This document shows, piece after piece, positions 49,498-59,103 of a DNA stretch of 62,038 nt. Each line of letters opens with the position of its first letter. Position 1 is the stretch's first letter. Below the pieces are notes generated by a model. The model made no database searches, had not been told where the DNA came from, and saw only the letters and a program-made list of their open reading frames with translations. The position numbers and the translations under genes were made by a program. This stretch comes from Gemmatimonadota bacterium (GTDB taxonomy: Bacteria; Gemmatimonadota; Gemmatimonadetes; Gemmatimonadales; GWC2-71-9). Location of the stretch: contig JBDHAB010000012.1 in the NCBI GenBank assembly GCA_039588295.1, positions 1-62,038 of the forward strand, read 5' to 3'.

Positions 49498-51183
49498 ATG
49501 GACACGGCGACCCTGAAAGCGCAGGCACGCGCGCTCGAACAGCAGGGGAATGCGGTCGAGGCACTCGAGACCTACCACCGTATCCTCGCGCGGCTCGAAG
49601 GTACACCGGCCATCCACCGGGAGCTGCCGCTCTACGTCAAGATTGGCGACCTATCGCTGAGGACCGGCAACACGGCAGCCGCGATCACGATGTACGAACG
49701 GGCCGGCGAGCACTTCGCGACCCTTGGATCGGCGAAGAGCGTGATCGCGCTCTGTCTCAAAATCCTCCGCGCGGACCCTGATCGGACGGATGTGTATCCG
49801 AAACACGCCCGTCGGATGCTGCAGGCCGGCCACGCCGAGGCGACACGCGTCGTGCTTGTCGACTACGCGGAACGTGCCAAGCTGCAGAAGACGCTCGGGA
49901 CCCTGCGTCGGCTTGCCGGGCGCTCCGAAGCCGAGCTCACGGGCCTGCTTGAGAAGTTCTTCGAGACCATGGATCGGCGCGCCGAGAAGCGGGCGGAGCC
50001 GCCGGCGGCACGCATGCCTTCGCCGGCCGAGCCGCCGGTCCCAGCAGTGGAGCAGCCCATGCGATCGGCCGTGGAGGCCGAAGCATCGCCAGTACAGCCT
50101 GCTGTGCCGGAACCAGGTGCGGAGGAGGAAGAGCAACCGGACACGGACGTGTTGATTGTGCCGGTGGGAGAGGCGGAGACCGTCCAGCCGTTGGCAAGAC
50201 ACCAGGAGAGCGCTCCGACCCCGGCAGAGCGGCAAGAGCCCGAACCTCCAGTCGAGGAACACGTTCCACCACCGCGCGCACCCGAACCGCCGCCGCCCGT
50301 GCCACCCAAGGAAGTCCGGCCGCCTCTTGGACCCAAGCCGGCACGTCGTCCGTTGCGGGAAGTGCCTATGCCGGCACCCGCGCGCCGTGAGATCCTCATG
50401 CAGTATCAGCACCGCACGCGGTCGCGACCGGTCTGGTTCTGGCCCGGAATCGCGGCAGGTGTCTTGGCGGTCGCCGGGGCGGGCGTGATCGGTGTTGGGG
50501 CGATCACGCGAGGTGGGGAGTTGGAGCCGCCCCAGGGGGCCGAGCCGGCTCCATCCCCGGTTTCGCGTGCGGGGTCCCTTGCTGTCGGGCAGTCTGATAC
50601 GGGCGCGGCTCGGCTCGGCGTCGGCGATTCCGGTGCGGCGCTGCCGCTCAGTGGGGCGTTGACGCTCGATTCCGCGGAGCAAGGGGCCGCCCAGCCTCCA
50701 GCGTCGCGCGATACCGCCCTGCCGCCCGAATCGCTCGAGGTGCTCATCGACACGGTGGACGCCGGTGTGCCAGACCTTCCGGTGTCTGCGGCCCTGCCGA
50801 TCGATCGCGCGATTCCCGAGGTCGAGACACCGTCCGTGCAGACGGCACGCACTCCGGCGCTTCCACCGGGAACGACGATTCAAGGTTCAGTGATAGTGAT
50901 CGACAGGCTTCCTATCGATAGCGTCTCCGAATTCGCCGTTGGCGGTCGCACGGGGCAGCGAGTGGTGCAGCGTCTCCAATCCGGCGCCCGGGTCGTGCTG
51001 ACCGTGGTGCCGTTCCAAGGTGCTCCCGGCCAGGGAGCGGGTGCGTCAATACGCGTGATCACGGTGCCCGGGGATACGGCGGTTGGGACGGTGCGGTTCG
51101 CAGACAGGCTCGTCAGCGCCCGAGCGGTGGTTGCACCGGCCGTACTGGAAGGACTTCTGGGGCAATTGACCGAGGTCCGCTGA
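49498..51183 (+). CDS. TPR-like / Pro-rich / TM / periplasmic domain protein (paralog 2)
   Basis: AGGAG RBS; same N- and C-terminal motifs as 47592-49292. Confidence 0.75.
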   Translation: MDTATLKAQARALEQQGNAVEALETYHRILARLEGTPAIHRELPLYVKIGDLSLRTGNTAAAITMYERAGEHFATLGSAKSVIALCLKILRADPDRTDVYPKHARRMLQAGHAEATRVVLVDYAERAKLQKTLGTLRRLAGRSEAELTGLLEKFFETMDRRAEKRAEPPAARMPSPAEPPVPAVEQPMRSAVEAEASPVQPAVPEPGAEEEEQPDTDVLIVPVGEAETVQPLARHQESAPTPAERQEPEPPVEEHVPPPRAPEPPPPVPPKEVRPPLGPKPARRPLREVPMPAPARREILMQYQHRTRSRPVWFWPGIAAGVLAVAGAGVIGVGAITRGGELEPPQGAEPAPSPVSRAGSLAVGQSDTGAARLGVGDSGAALPLSGALTLDSAEQGAAQPPASRDTALPPESLEVLIDTVDAGVPDLPVSAALPIDRAIPEVETPSVQTARTPALPPGTTIQGSVIVIDRLPIDSVSEFAVGGRTGQRVVQRLQSGARVVLTVVPFQGAPGQGAGASIRVITVPGDTAVGTVRFADRLVSARAVVAPAVLEGLLGQLTEVR

Positions 51184-51276
51184 CAACGTCCAGGCGCCCG
51201 CACCGGGCACGCTCGATCTGCCCTCTCCGTACGTCATCGATAGACAGGGTTCCTTTCAGTCCGTAAACTTGCGGCG

Positions 51277-52449
51277 ATGCAGCTTTCGTTTCGCCGGCGG
51301 GTGTTCATCGGGGTGGTGGGAATCGGCACCCTCCCCTTGGCAGTTGCCCTAATTCTGCTCGCCCTGCAGGTCCGATCGACGGGGTCGCAAGCCGGCCCGC
51401 GCGCCGCCATTGACGAGATTGCCGAGAGTGGCCGGAGTCTGATGGCGGCGGTGGACACCGTGGAGCTTCCCGAGGAAGCCTCGGCCGCGCTTCAGGCACA
51501 CGCGGAGGTCGTCGCCCAACGCACCACCCTGGTTCGACGCGCAGAGACGCTCACCCGCTATGCGGCAGCGGCGCTCGGCTTTGCCATTCTCGGTGTTACC
51601 CTCATCCTCATCTTGGCCTCGTTGGGTTTCGCGCGACGATGGTCGCGATACGTGTCTTCCCCAATCGAGGAGTTGGTTGAATGGGTGCGGACGATCGAAC
51701 GTGGGGAGTCGCTGCCACCATCGGATCAGGAAGGCGCGGCGCCCGAGTTTGATGCGCTGCGGCGTGCCCTGCACGAGATGTCTTACGCTGTGGAGCACGC
51801 GAGACGCCAGGAACTCGATCAGGAGCGGCTGCGGGCGTTTCGCGAGACCGCCCGCCGAGTCGCCCACGAAATGCGGGGGCCGCTAACGGCGGCCCGACTT
51901 GCCATTCGGCAGCTGAAGCCCGCGCACGACACCGAGACGGTCGAGGTGCTCGAGGAAGAGACCGATCGTTTGGAGCGGATGGCGCAGGAGTTCTCCGACT
52001 TCGGACGGTTGCCTGAGGGACCCGAGGCGGACGTTGATCTCGTTGAGCTCGTGCGAGACGTCGTGACGGGAATCGCGCCGACCCAGATGCCGGTTCAGAT
52101 CGACGTTCCTCCATCAGTCACCGTCCGCGGCCACTACGAGCCACTGCGCCGTGCCATTCAGAATCTCGTGCGCAATGCGTTCGAAGCCACGGACCGAAGA
52201 GGGATTCACATTGCGATCGCATCGGTGAACGGTACGATCCGCATCGTGGTGCGAGACCACGGGCCTGGCGTACCGCCTTCCCTTCGCGAGCGGATCTTCG
52301 AGCCCTACTTCACCACCAAGAAGCAGGGGACGGGTCTAGGACTTGCACTGGCGCGGCAGACAGTGGAAGCGCACGGTGGAAACCTGTGCGTGGAGGACGC
52401 CGATGGTGGCGGAGCGCGATTTGTGATGGCTATCGCGGAGTCGGAATGA
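51277..52449 (+). CDS. HAMP sensor histidine kinase (NtrY-like)
   Basis: 2 TM, ARRVAHEMRGPL, NLVRNA, DHGPG, FEPYFTTK..GTGLGL. Confidence 0.92.
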   Translation: MQLSFRRRVFIGVVGIGTLPLAVALILLALQVRSTGSQAGPRAAIDEIAESGRSLMAAVDTVELPEEASAALQAHAEVVAQRTTLVRRAETLTRYAAAALGFAILGVTLILILASLGFARRWSRYVSSPIEELVEWVRTIERGESLPPSDQEGAAPEFDALRRALHEMSYAVEHARRQELDQERLRAFRETARRVAHEMRGPLTAARLAIRQLKPAHDTETVEVLEEETDRLERMAQEFSDFGRLPEGPEADVDLVELVRDVVTGIAPTQMPVQIDVPPSVTVRGHYEPLRRAIQNLVRNAFEATDRRGIHIAIASVNGTIRIVVRDHGPGVPPSLRERIFEPYFTTKKQGTGLGLALARQTVEAHGGNLCVEDADGGGARFVMAIAESE

Positions 52450-53831
52450 CAGTCAGAGTGCTCGTCGCCGATGACGAGCGAAACCTGCGTCGCATGCTGC
52501 GCGCCGTACTCGAGGCGGATGCATACGACGTGTACGAGGCCGAAAACGGTGCGGCCGCGTTGACCGCGTGTAGGCGCATCGAGCCGGATGTCGTGCTCCT
52601 GGATCTCTTGATGCCCGAGGGGCCAGACGGGCTCGCCGTCTTGCAAGAGCTCGGGAGCCAGGACGCTGCACCAAGCATCATCATGATGAGCGGGAAAGCC
52701 ACGCTGGGTGATGCGGTGCGAGCGACGAAGCTGGGGGCATTTCAATTCCTCGAGAAGCCACTCACGCCGGAGTCCGTGCTCAGTACGGTGGCGGCTGCCG
52801 CCGAGCTCGCGCGCGCAAGGGCAGAAAACCGCGCTCTGCGGGCGGAGATCCCAGTGACCGACGACCTCGTCGGTGCGGGTCCCCTCATGGCCAGGGTGCG
52901 AGAGTTCATCGCGCAGGTAGCCCCCACTCGGTCCCGTGTGCTGATTACCGGCGAATCGGGCACCGGCAAGGAGCTGGTGGCGCGGGCCATCCACCGTGCG
53001 AGTCCCCGTGCGAAGAAGCCAATCGTCTGTGTCAATTGCGCAGCTCTTCCGCGGGAGCTCCTCGAGAGTGAGATGTTCGGCCACGAACGCGGCGCGTTTA
53101 CGGGGGCGGTCGCCCGGCGGCACGGCAAGTTCGAGCTGGCGGACGGGAGCAGCCTGTTCCTGGACGAAATTGCTGAGATGCACCCTGAGCTGCAGGCCAA
53201 GCTTCTGAGGGTATTGGAAAGCGGCACGATCGAGCGGGTGGGCGGAGAGCATGAGAAGGCGGTGGATGTGCGCGTCATTGCTGCGACGAACAAGGACCCC
53301 ACCAAGGAGGTGGCTGAGGGCAGATTCCGCGAGGATCTCTTCTACCGACTTGCGGTCTTTCCGATCCACGTGCCGCCGCTGCGCGACCGCAAGGAGGACA
53401 TTCCCGCTCTGGTGGCGCACTTGGCGACGCTGGCGGGAGCGAGATGTGGTCGTTCGCCCCGGGTATTTGGCACGGATGCGGTGCGCCGCATGGAAGCCCA
53501 CGACTGGCCTGGCAACGTGAGAGAGTTCGCGAACGTCGTTGAGCGACTCACTATCGTTGGGGGCGACCAGCAGGTGATGGCGGACGAGGTCGACGCGGTG
53601 CTCGGGCCGGCACGCCCCGTGGACGACGAGGTGAACAGGCCCGGCGCGCCGGAGTCCGGGCTCTCTAGGGCGCTGGAATCCTATGAACGTCAGCTCATAC
53701 GGGGGGCCCTCGATGCCGCCGTGGGCAACATCGCCGAGGCCGCTCGGCGTCTGAACACGGACCGGGCAAATCTGCACCGGCGGATGCGCCGGTTAGGGAT
53801 ACGTCGAAGTGACACGGAAGTGTCTATATGA
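52446..53831 (+). CDS. Sigma-54-dependent response regulator (NtrX/NtrC-like)
   Basis: [49 protein letters not shown] overlap. Confidence 0.93.
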   Translation: MTVRVLVADDERNLRRMLRAVLEADAYDVYEAENGAAALTACRRIEPDVVLLDLLMPEGPDGLAVLQELGSQDAAPSIIMMSGKATLGDAVRATKLGAFQFLEKPLTPESVLSTVAAAAELARARAENRALRAEIPVTDDLVGAGPLMARVREFIAQVAPTRSRVLITGESGTGKELVARAIHRASPRAKKPIVCVNCAALPRELLESEMFGHERGAFTGAVARRHGKFELADGSSLFLDEIAEMHPELQAKLLRVLESGTIERVGGEHEKAVDVRVIAATNKDPTKEVAEGRFREDLFYRLAVFPIHVPPLRDRKEDIPALVAHLATLAGARCGRSPRVFGTDAVRRMEAHDWPGNVREFANVVERLTIVGGDQQVMADEVDAVLGPARPVDDEVNRPGAPESGLSRALESYERQLIRGALDAAVGNIAEAARRLNTDRANLHRRMRRLGIRRSDTEVSI

Positions 53832-53834
53832 CAC
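53801..53834. promoter_or_regulatory. Tandem GTC-N5-GAC palindromes, putative enhancer overlapping regulator 3' end
   Basis: ACGTCGAAGTGACAC (53801-53815) and GTGTCTATATGACAC (53820-53834). Confidence 0.55.
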
Positions 53835-53869
53835 GTTTCTGGCCTGGTCCGTGAGAACGTGTGATTGTT

Positions 53870-53894
53870 CAAGTCGTTGTCTGAAAATAACTTA
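53870..53894. promoter_or_regulatory. 25-bp symmetric IHF/HU-like element
   Basis: CAA GTCG TTG TCTGA AAA TAAC TTA. Confidence 0.7.
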
Positions 53895-53910
53895 CGGGAT
53901 TGCACCAGCG

Positions 53911-53925
53911 TGGTACGCGCCATGC
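53911..53925 (+). promoter_or_regulatory. Sigma-54 promoter
   Basis: TGGTACGCGCCATGC, GG-N10-GC. Confidence 0.65.
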
Positions 53926-53949
53926 CAGGCAGACGAGCCGGAGGTAACG

Positions 53950-54174
53950 ATGATCAAGACGGCTCTGTATCTGTGTGCTCTGGCTGGCGTGCTGTTGCTG
54001 TGGTGTCTCCGGCCTGACTGGCACGTGAAGGTGGCACCCCGAGTCCATGTGCTCGGGTTCGAGCTGGGCGTCATGGTGAGGGTGGACCTCGCGCCGATCC
54101 CGGAATCGCCCGGAGACACGCTCCTCGTGCGGCGGTCCTGTGTCGTCGACACCGTGAACGGGGTGCTTCCATGA
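53950..54174 (+). CDS. Small membrane-anchored/secreted protein (74 aa)
   Basis: GGAGGT RBS; hydrophobic N-terminus; ATGA overlap with next gene. Confidence 0.6.
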   Translation: MIKTALYLCALAGVLLLWCLRPDWHVKVAPRVHVLGFELGVMVRVDLAPIPESPGDTLLVRRSCVVDTVNGVLP

Positions 54175-55874
54175 CGGCCCGCTGGACGGTGGTTGCCTCC
54201 TGCGTCGTGCTCTCGATGCCGATGGCGACGATCGCTGCGCAGGACACCGCGGTCGTTGTTCGTCGCGGTGCCGGCGGGTTCCAGGCGTCCCGGTTCGAGC
54301 GTCGAGCTATTGATGTCTTCAACGCGCTCAACACGATCCGCGTCGTTGGAGCGCTCACCGTCGAACGGGGCACACGCTACGCCGGGGACGTCGCGGTGCT
54401 CGATGGTCCCGTGGTCGTCGAGGGTGTCGTCGAAGGCAGCCTCATTGCGATCAACGCGGATGCTGTCATACGGGCGGGCGCGCGGGTCGATGGGGACGTG
54501 CTTGTCGTCGGCGGCAGATTGGAGGACGAAGCAGGTGCGGATGTCCGCGGGACGATGCGCCGTCAGAGCAGCCACGTAGCGGTCCGCCTGGTTGAGGAGC
54601 AGCTCGTCTTAGTGCAAGCCGCAGCGCCTGACACGACGCGGCGACGCGCACGACGACGGTATCCCGTTGACGGCGGCGCGTCGATTCTCCTGGGGTTCGA
54701 ACCCACCTACAACCGGGTAGAAGGTCTGCCGCTGCATCTCGGCGCCAAGATCGCATTGCGACATTCGGCGTACGATGCGACGCTGCGTGGGTATGGGGTA
54801 TTTCGCACTGCGGGTGGTTTCAAAGGCAACCGGCAGGACATTGGCTACAACATCGAGGGATTACTCCGGGTCGGCCGCCGACGCACCTTCACGATTGGCG
54901 GACGAGCATTTGATGTCGTAGTCCCAACTCAGGACTGGCCGCTTGAGCGCCACGAGGTCGGGTGGGGTTCGTTTCTTTGGCACCGCGACTACCGTGACTA
55001 CTATCTGCAGCGCGGTGTAGCTGGGATTCTCGCAGTTGCCGTCACGCGGCGGCTGACATTGTCGGCTGAGGTCGCACGCGTCGACGAGACCTCAATTGCC
55101 GAGCGGGATCCGTGGACGCTGTTCCGCAACAGCGACGTGTGGCGTCCCAATCCCGCAATCGACGCCGGGGACTACACGCTCCTTTCGGCGGGAGCCGAGT
55201 TCGAATCCCGGCCGCCGCGTCGCGGACGCGGTTCAGGATGGTTGTTGCGGCTCCGGTGGGATCGGGGAATCGGAGATGATGTGGTCCAGCGGCCGCTGCC
55301 GCTGGCGATTAGGGATCCGCTGCCGACGCAGGGGTTCACCTATGATCGCGCTTCGGTCGACGCACGCCGTTATCAGCGGATTGGATGGGCTGGTCAACTT
55401 CGGCTGCGAGCGTTCTGGGCGGGCAGCGTGGGAAGCGACCCGCTGCCGATCCAACGGCGCTTCTCGCTCGGTGGCCCCGACCCGCTGAACGGCTACGGTT
55501 TCCGCACGTTCGCCTGTAACCCGGGGGTTGGCGACCCCGCACAGCCGGGACTATGCGATCACGTCCTGCTGTTACAGGCCGAGTACCGTGGTGGTCTCGG
55601 TTTGGACTGGTTCAGCAACGGACGGGACCGTCGGACGGCGGTGACGCCCGAGCCCGACTGGTGGGACTGGCACGAGTGGTTCTGGTTCGAGGGTCCCACG
55701 CTCGTCCTGTTCGGCAACGCGGGCACCGGTTGGCTCGACGGCGAGGATCTCGGCTCGCTGCACTACGATCTCGGGGCCGGAGTGGAGTGGGGTGGCTTCG
55801 GGTTCTACGTCGCCAAGGCGCTCGAAAGTGGTGAACCCGTGCGTGCAACGCTCAGACTCGAGCGCCGATTCTGA
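54171..55874 (+). CDS. Omp85 (BamA/TamA)-like outer membrane protein with N-terminal bactofilin-like beta-helix
   Basis: Signal AAQ; GDVAV.DG.V.V.G.V.G repeats; YNRVEG; RFSLGG..L.GY.F loop-6-like motif; ends RLERRF. Confidence 0.75.
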   Translation: MTARWTVVASCVVLSMPMATIAAQDTAVVVRRGAGGFQASRFERRAIDVFNALNTIRVVGALTVERGTRYAGDVAVLDGPVVVEGVVEGSLIAINADAVIRAGARVDGDVLVVGGRLEDEAGADVRGTMRRQSSHVAVRLVEEQLVLVQAAAPDTTRRRARRRYPVDGGASILLGFEPTYNRVEGLPLHLGAKIALRHSAYDATLRGYGVFRTAGGFKGNRQDIGYNIEGLLRVGRRRTFTIGGRAFDVVVPTQDWPLERHEVGWGSFLWHRDYRDYYLQRGVAGILAVAVTRRLTLSAEVARVDETSIAERDPWTLFRNSDVWRPNPAIDAGDYTLLSAGAEFESRPPRRGRGSGWLLRLRWDRGIGDDVVQRPLPLAIRDPLPTQGFTYDRASVDARRYQRIGWAGQLRLRAFWAGSVGSDPLPIQRRFSLGGPDPLNGYGFRTFACNPGVGDPAQPGLCDHVLLLQAEYRGGLGLDWFSNGRDRRTAVTPEPDWWDWHEWFWFEGPTLVLFGNAGTGWLDGEDLGSLHYDLGAGVEWGGFGFYVAKALESGEPVRATLRLERRF

Positions 55875-55876
55875 CG

Positions 55877-56488
55877 GTGCGCATTACCCTCGTCGCATTG
55901 GGCTGTGCAGCCATCCTCGCGCCTGGGGTGGGAGCCCAGAACAACCCACAACTCCATGTTCAGCTCGGCAGAACGGCGACTCCGGAGGCGAACATCGTCC
56001 TGCGTGGTCTGCTGACGGACCAGCGATTCCTCAGCGCAATGGAGTCGGGGTTTCCCCTGTACCTCGAGTACCGAGCCGAACTGCGGCAATCGAGGTCGCT
56101 GTGGGACCGAACGGTCGCCGCGGAGCGATGGGAGTACGTGGTGCTCTACGATCCCGTGCGCGAGCGGTTCGTTATCGAGGATGCGGCGGGCACCGAGATC
56201 TTGCCCACGCGCGCGAGTTTGCGTGAGAAGATCGCCGAGGTCTATCTCGTGGGACTGCTGCCCGATCGTGAGGGCGAGTTTTACTATCAGGCGTCAGTCG
56301 ACGCCCGCACCCTGTCGGACGATGATGTGAACGAAGTGTTTGCGTGGCTCAAGGGGGAGAATATCGATTCGTTGCCCCGGCAGCGTCCGGGACTTCTGAC
56401 ACGGGTCGCTCGGCGGTTCCTGGTCCGGGTCGCGCCACTCCCCCGACTGCATCTCGAAGGGCGCTCACAAAACTTCCGACATCCCTAA
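55877..56488 (+). CDS. DUF4390-like secreted protein
   Basis: Signal peptide; AMESGFPL.L.YR.EL...R..WD..YDP motif. Confidence 0.65.
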   Translation: MRITLVALGCAAILAPGVGAQNNPQLHVQLGRTATPEANIVLRGLLTDQRFLSAMESGFPLYLEYRAELRQSRSLWDRTVAAERWEYVVLYDPVRERFVIEDAAGTEILPTRASLREKIAEVYLVGLLPDREGEFYYQASVDARTLSDDDVNEVFAWLKGENIDSLPRQRPGLLTRVARRFLVRVAPLPRLHLEGRSQNFRHP

Positions 56489-56515
56489 CAGGCGTAAGGG
56501 GCGGTCGCGCGGCCG

Positions 56516-57889
56516 TCAGGCCTTCAGCGTCATCCAGCCCGGGAGCTCCGCGGGCGGTGGCCGTTTGCCGTAGAAGACGTCGTCCCCCACGATCGCGAGC
56601 CGGCGAAACAGCGTCGATTGACGCACGCCGAACCGCACGAGGTTGTGCAGCAGGCTGTCGGGGTGCGAGTAGGGGCACACCGACACACATCGAGCGCAAT
56701 CGGTCCCGATCGCACACCAGAGGGTGAAGCAGGCCTCGGAATCGATCTGCCACCGCAGGACTCCGTCGATCGGCGTCCGGCCCTCCAGGGGGATGGCCTG
56801 GCTGGGACAGACGTCCGCGCACTTCCTGCAGTGGGTGCAAAAGTCGATGACCGACCAATCCCGCCTTCGTTCGCTGACGGCGAGAGGAAGGTCGGTCGTG
56901 ACCACGGCAATGCGGACGCGCGGGCCGAGTTCTGGGGTCATGAGCAGGCCCATGCGGCCGATCTCTCCGAGCCCCGCGTCGCGCGCCACCAGGGGACACA
57001 CGACGCGATAGTTCCCGTCGATGTGCGCCCGCGCGTGATATCCGAGGTTGCGGAGGAACTCCGCGATCTGGACCGCAATCACGCCGGATGCGACATACTG
57101 CTGTGCAGACTCCATGACCGTTGGCGCCAAGGGAGCCCGATCGAGCATGCCCTTGTCCATCTCGACCGTGAGCGCGATGGCGTAGGGGTGGTCGAGGGTC
57201 ACGGGTTTCCCATAGTCGTCACCGCGGCCCACGGTGCTGTAGAGATGGTAGTCCTTGAGTTTCGTACACCCGACCGACACGGCTCCGAGCTTCAACGCCC
57301 AGCGCTTCACGAAGGCCGTGATGGCATCCACAGAGATCTGCACCCGCTCGGGGGCAGGCTCGCCATCGACGTGCGCGCGGAGACGTTCGATCGTGCTGAA
57401 GCTGGCATCAGCGGCGGCAAAGGCCTGGGCGTGATAGCCGCTGGACCCCTTGGCGAGCAGTCCTGGCCTCGCGCGGAACGTGTCGTCCGGGGCTTTCTTC
57501 TCGGGGTTGGCCCGATAGTACTCTTGGAATCGTGTGGTTCCAGGTTTCAAGAGTCGCCGGGAGAACATGATATCTCTCTCGTCGATGCGGCCCCGCGGTG
57601 TGTCGTCGACAAGCGCGCGGCTTCGTTTCGTAGGAACCAAAATGGTGAGAACCGTAACGGCGGTCGCGCCGAGCAGCACGCTCGTAACGAGGCCCTGATG
57701 CGGAAAGCTTGCAAGTCCGGCTGCGACGTACGGCGCCGGCACCACCAACGCGAGAACCGCCGAGATACCCGCGGCACGGTGCTCGCTCTCCGAAACGGAC
57801 ATGGCGGCCGCCCACACCATGATGACGAAGAAGATGCCCCCGATTGTCAGGCTGGCGGCATCGAGCACGCTGACTCCGCTGAACGGCAC
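56516..57889 (-). CDS. Membrane-anchored reductive dehalogenase/QueG-like cobalamin 2x[4Fe-4S] protein
   Basis: AGLGEIGRMGLLMTPELGPRVR..VTTDLPL, FCTHCRKCADVCP, CARCVSVCP; 3 N-terminal TM. Confidence 0.85.
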   Translation of the reverse strand: MPFSGVSVLDAASLTIGGIFFVIMVWAAAMSVSESEHRAAGISAVLALVVPAPYVAAGLASFPHQGLVTSVLLGATAVTVLTILVPTKRSRALVDDTPRGRIDERDIMFSRRLLKPGTTRFQEYYRANPEKKAPDDTFRARPGLLAKGSSGYHAQAFAAADASFSTIERLRAHVDGEPAPERVQISVDAITAFVKRWALKLGAVSVGCTKLKDYHLYSTVGRGDDYGKPVTLDHPYAIALTVEMDKGMLDRAPLAPTVMESAQQYVASGVIAVQIAEFLRNLGYHARAHIDGNYRVVCPLVARDAGLGEIGRMGLLMTPELGPRVRIAVVTTDLPLAVSERRRDWSVIDFCTHCRKCADVCPSQAIPLEGRTPIDGVLRWQIDSEACFTLWCAIGTDCARCVSVCPYSHPDSLLHNLVRFGVRQSTLFRRLAIVGDDVFYGKRPPPAELPGWMTLKA

Positions 57890-57996
57890 GTGGTCGCGGT
57901 CCTCCCTGGCGGGAACGTGGGTACCGGGTCACAATAGTGTCAACGATCCAGACAGGACAAGTCGGTAGCCGCCAACCTGGGTTCGAGGAGGTCGTG

Positions 57997-58785
57997 ATGA
58001 CGGCAAGAGATCCGCTGGGACGGTTCGTGTGGTATGACCTCATGACGACGGATCCCGACAAGGCCATGGCTTTCTATACACAGCTCGTGGGGTGGGGGAC
58101 GAAGCCGTGGGAAGGCGGTGACACACCTTACACCTTGTGGACCGCGAACGGGGTCACGATCGGTGGTGTGATGCATCTGCCCGAGGATGCGGTTAAGGGT
58201 GGCGCTCCGCCGCATTGGCTCGGGTACGTGGCGGTGCCGGATCCGGCCGCCGCCGCGGCAAAGGTGCGAGAGATGGGTGGGGGGATTCTCCACCCCGCCA
58301 CCGAGATTCCGTCGGCTGGTAGCTTCGCCGTATTGTGCGACCCACAGGGTGCGGCGTTTGCGGTCTACGCGCCCACGGAGGGGAACGACTACCCTCCGGA
58401 GGCTACAGCTCGGGTAGGCGAGGTCTCGTGGCGCGAGCTCGCGACCACGGATCATGCCGCTGCGTTCCGCTTCTACAACACGATGTTCAAGTGGGACAAG
58501 ACCGAGTCCATGGACCTGGGTGAGATGGGGATCTACCAAATGTTCGGGCGCGCAGGCATGACGCTGGGCGCCATGTTCAACAAGCCGGCGGAGATGCCGG
58601 GCCCGCCGTTCTGGCTCTACTACATTAGGGTCGAGAATGCGGACCATACTGCGGAGCGTGTCAAGCAGCTGGGTGGCCAGGTCCTGAACGGTCCGATGGA
58701 TGTGCCCGGTGGGGATCGTGTTGCGCAGTGCATGGACCCGCAGGGCGCCGCGTTCGCGATACACTCATCGGCCCCCTACAGCTAG
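57997..58785 (+). CDS. Two-domain VOC (glyoxalase-like) protein
   Basis: GRFVWYDLMTTD, PPHWLGY, DPQGA.F repeated twice; GAGGAGG RBS. Confidence 0.9.
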   Translation: MTARDPLGRFVWYDLMTTDPDKAMAFYTQLVGWGTKPWEGGDTPYTLWTANGVTIGGVMHLPEDAVKGGAPPHWLGYVAVPDPAAAAAKVREMGGGILHPATEIPSAGSFAVLCDPQGAAFAVYAPTEGNDYPPEATARVGEVSWRELATTDHAAAFRFYNTMFKWDKTESMDLGEMGIYQMFGRAGMTLGAMFNKPAEMPGPPFWLYYIRVENADHTAERVKQLGGQVLNGPMDVPGGDRVAQCMDPQGAAFAIHSSAPYS

Positions 58786-58888
58786 GAGAGGCACCGAAGC
58801 GAGAGGATCGTCCGCTTCACTCCGGCTTCACAGTGAATTCACGCCCCGCCGGGCAGCTTGGGCTCGATACGTACACGCGGAGGCAGAG

Positions 58889-59077
58889 GTGGCCGAGTGC
58901 ATCACGATCCGACTCACGCCCGAGCAGCAGGAGGCGATCCGAGCGGTCACCGGTCGGGAAGCGCGCACGCTGACTATACCTGTTGACCAGTTGGGAGATC
59001 GTGTGGCGGAACGGGAGGCCGACACAGGTGCGAACGAAGATGCCCTCGTGTGGGAGTGTCTCAACCCGTATCCGTGA
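58889..59077 (+). CDS. 62-aa peptide, possible RiPP-precursor-like
   Basis: GGAGG RBS before GTG; own terminator; IRLTPEQQEAIRAVTG..LTIPVDQLGDRVA. Confidence 0.6.
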   Translation: MAECITIRLTPEQQEAIRAVTGREARTLTIPVDQLGDRVAEREADTGANEDALVWECLNPYP

Positions 59078-59103
59078 GGCGTGTAGGCGACTCGACTTTC
59101 TAG

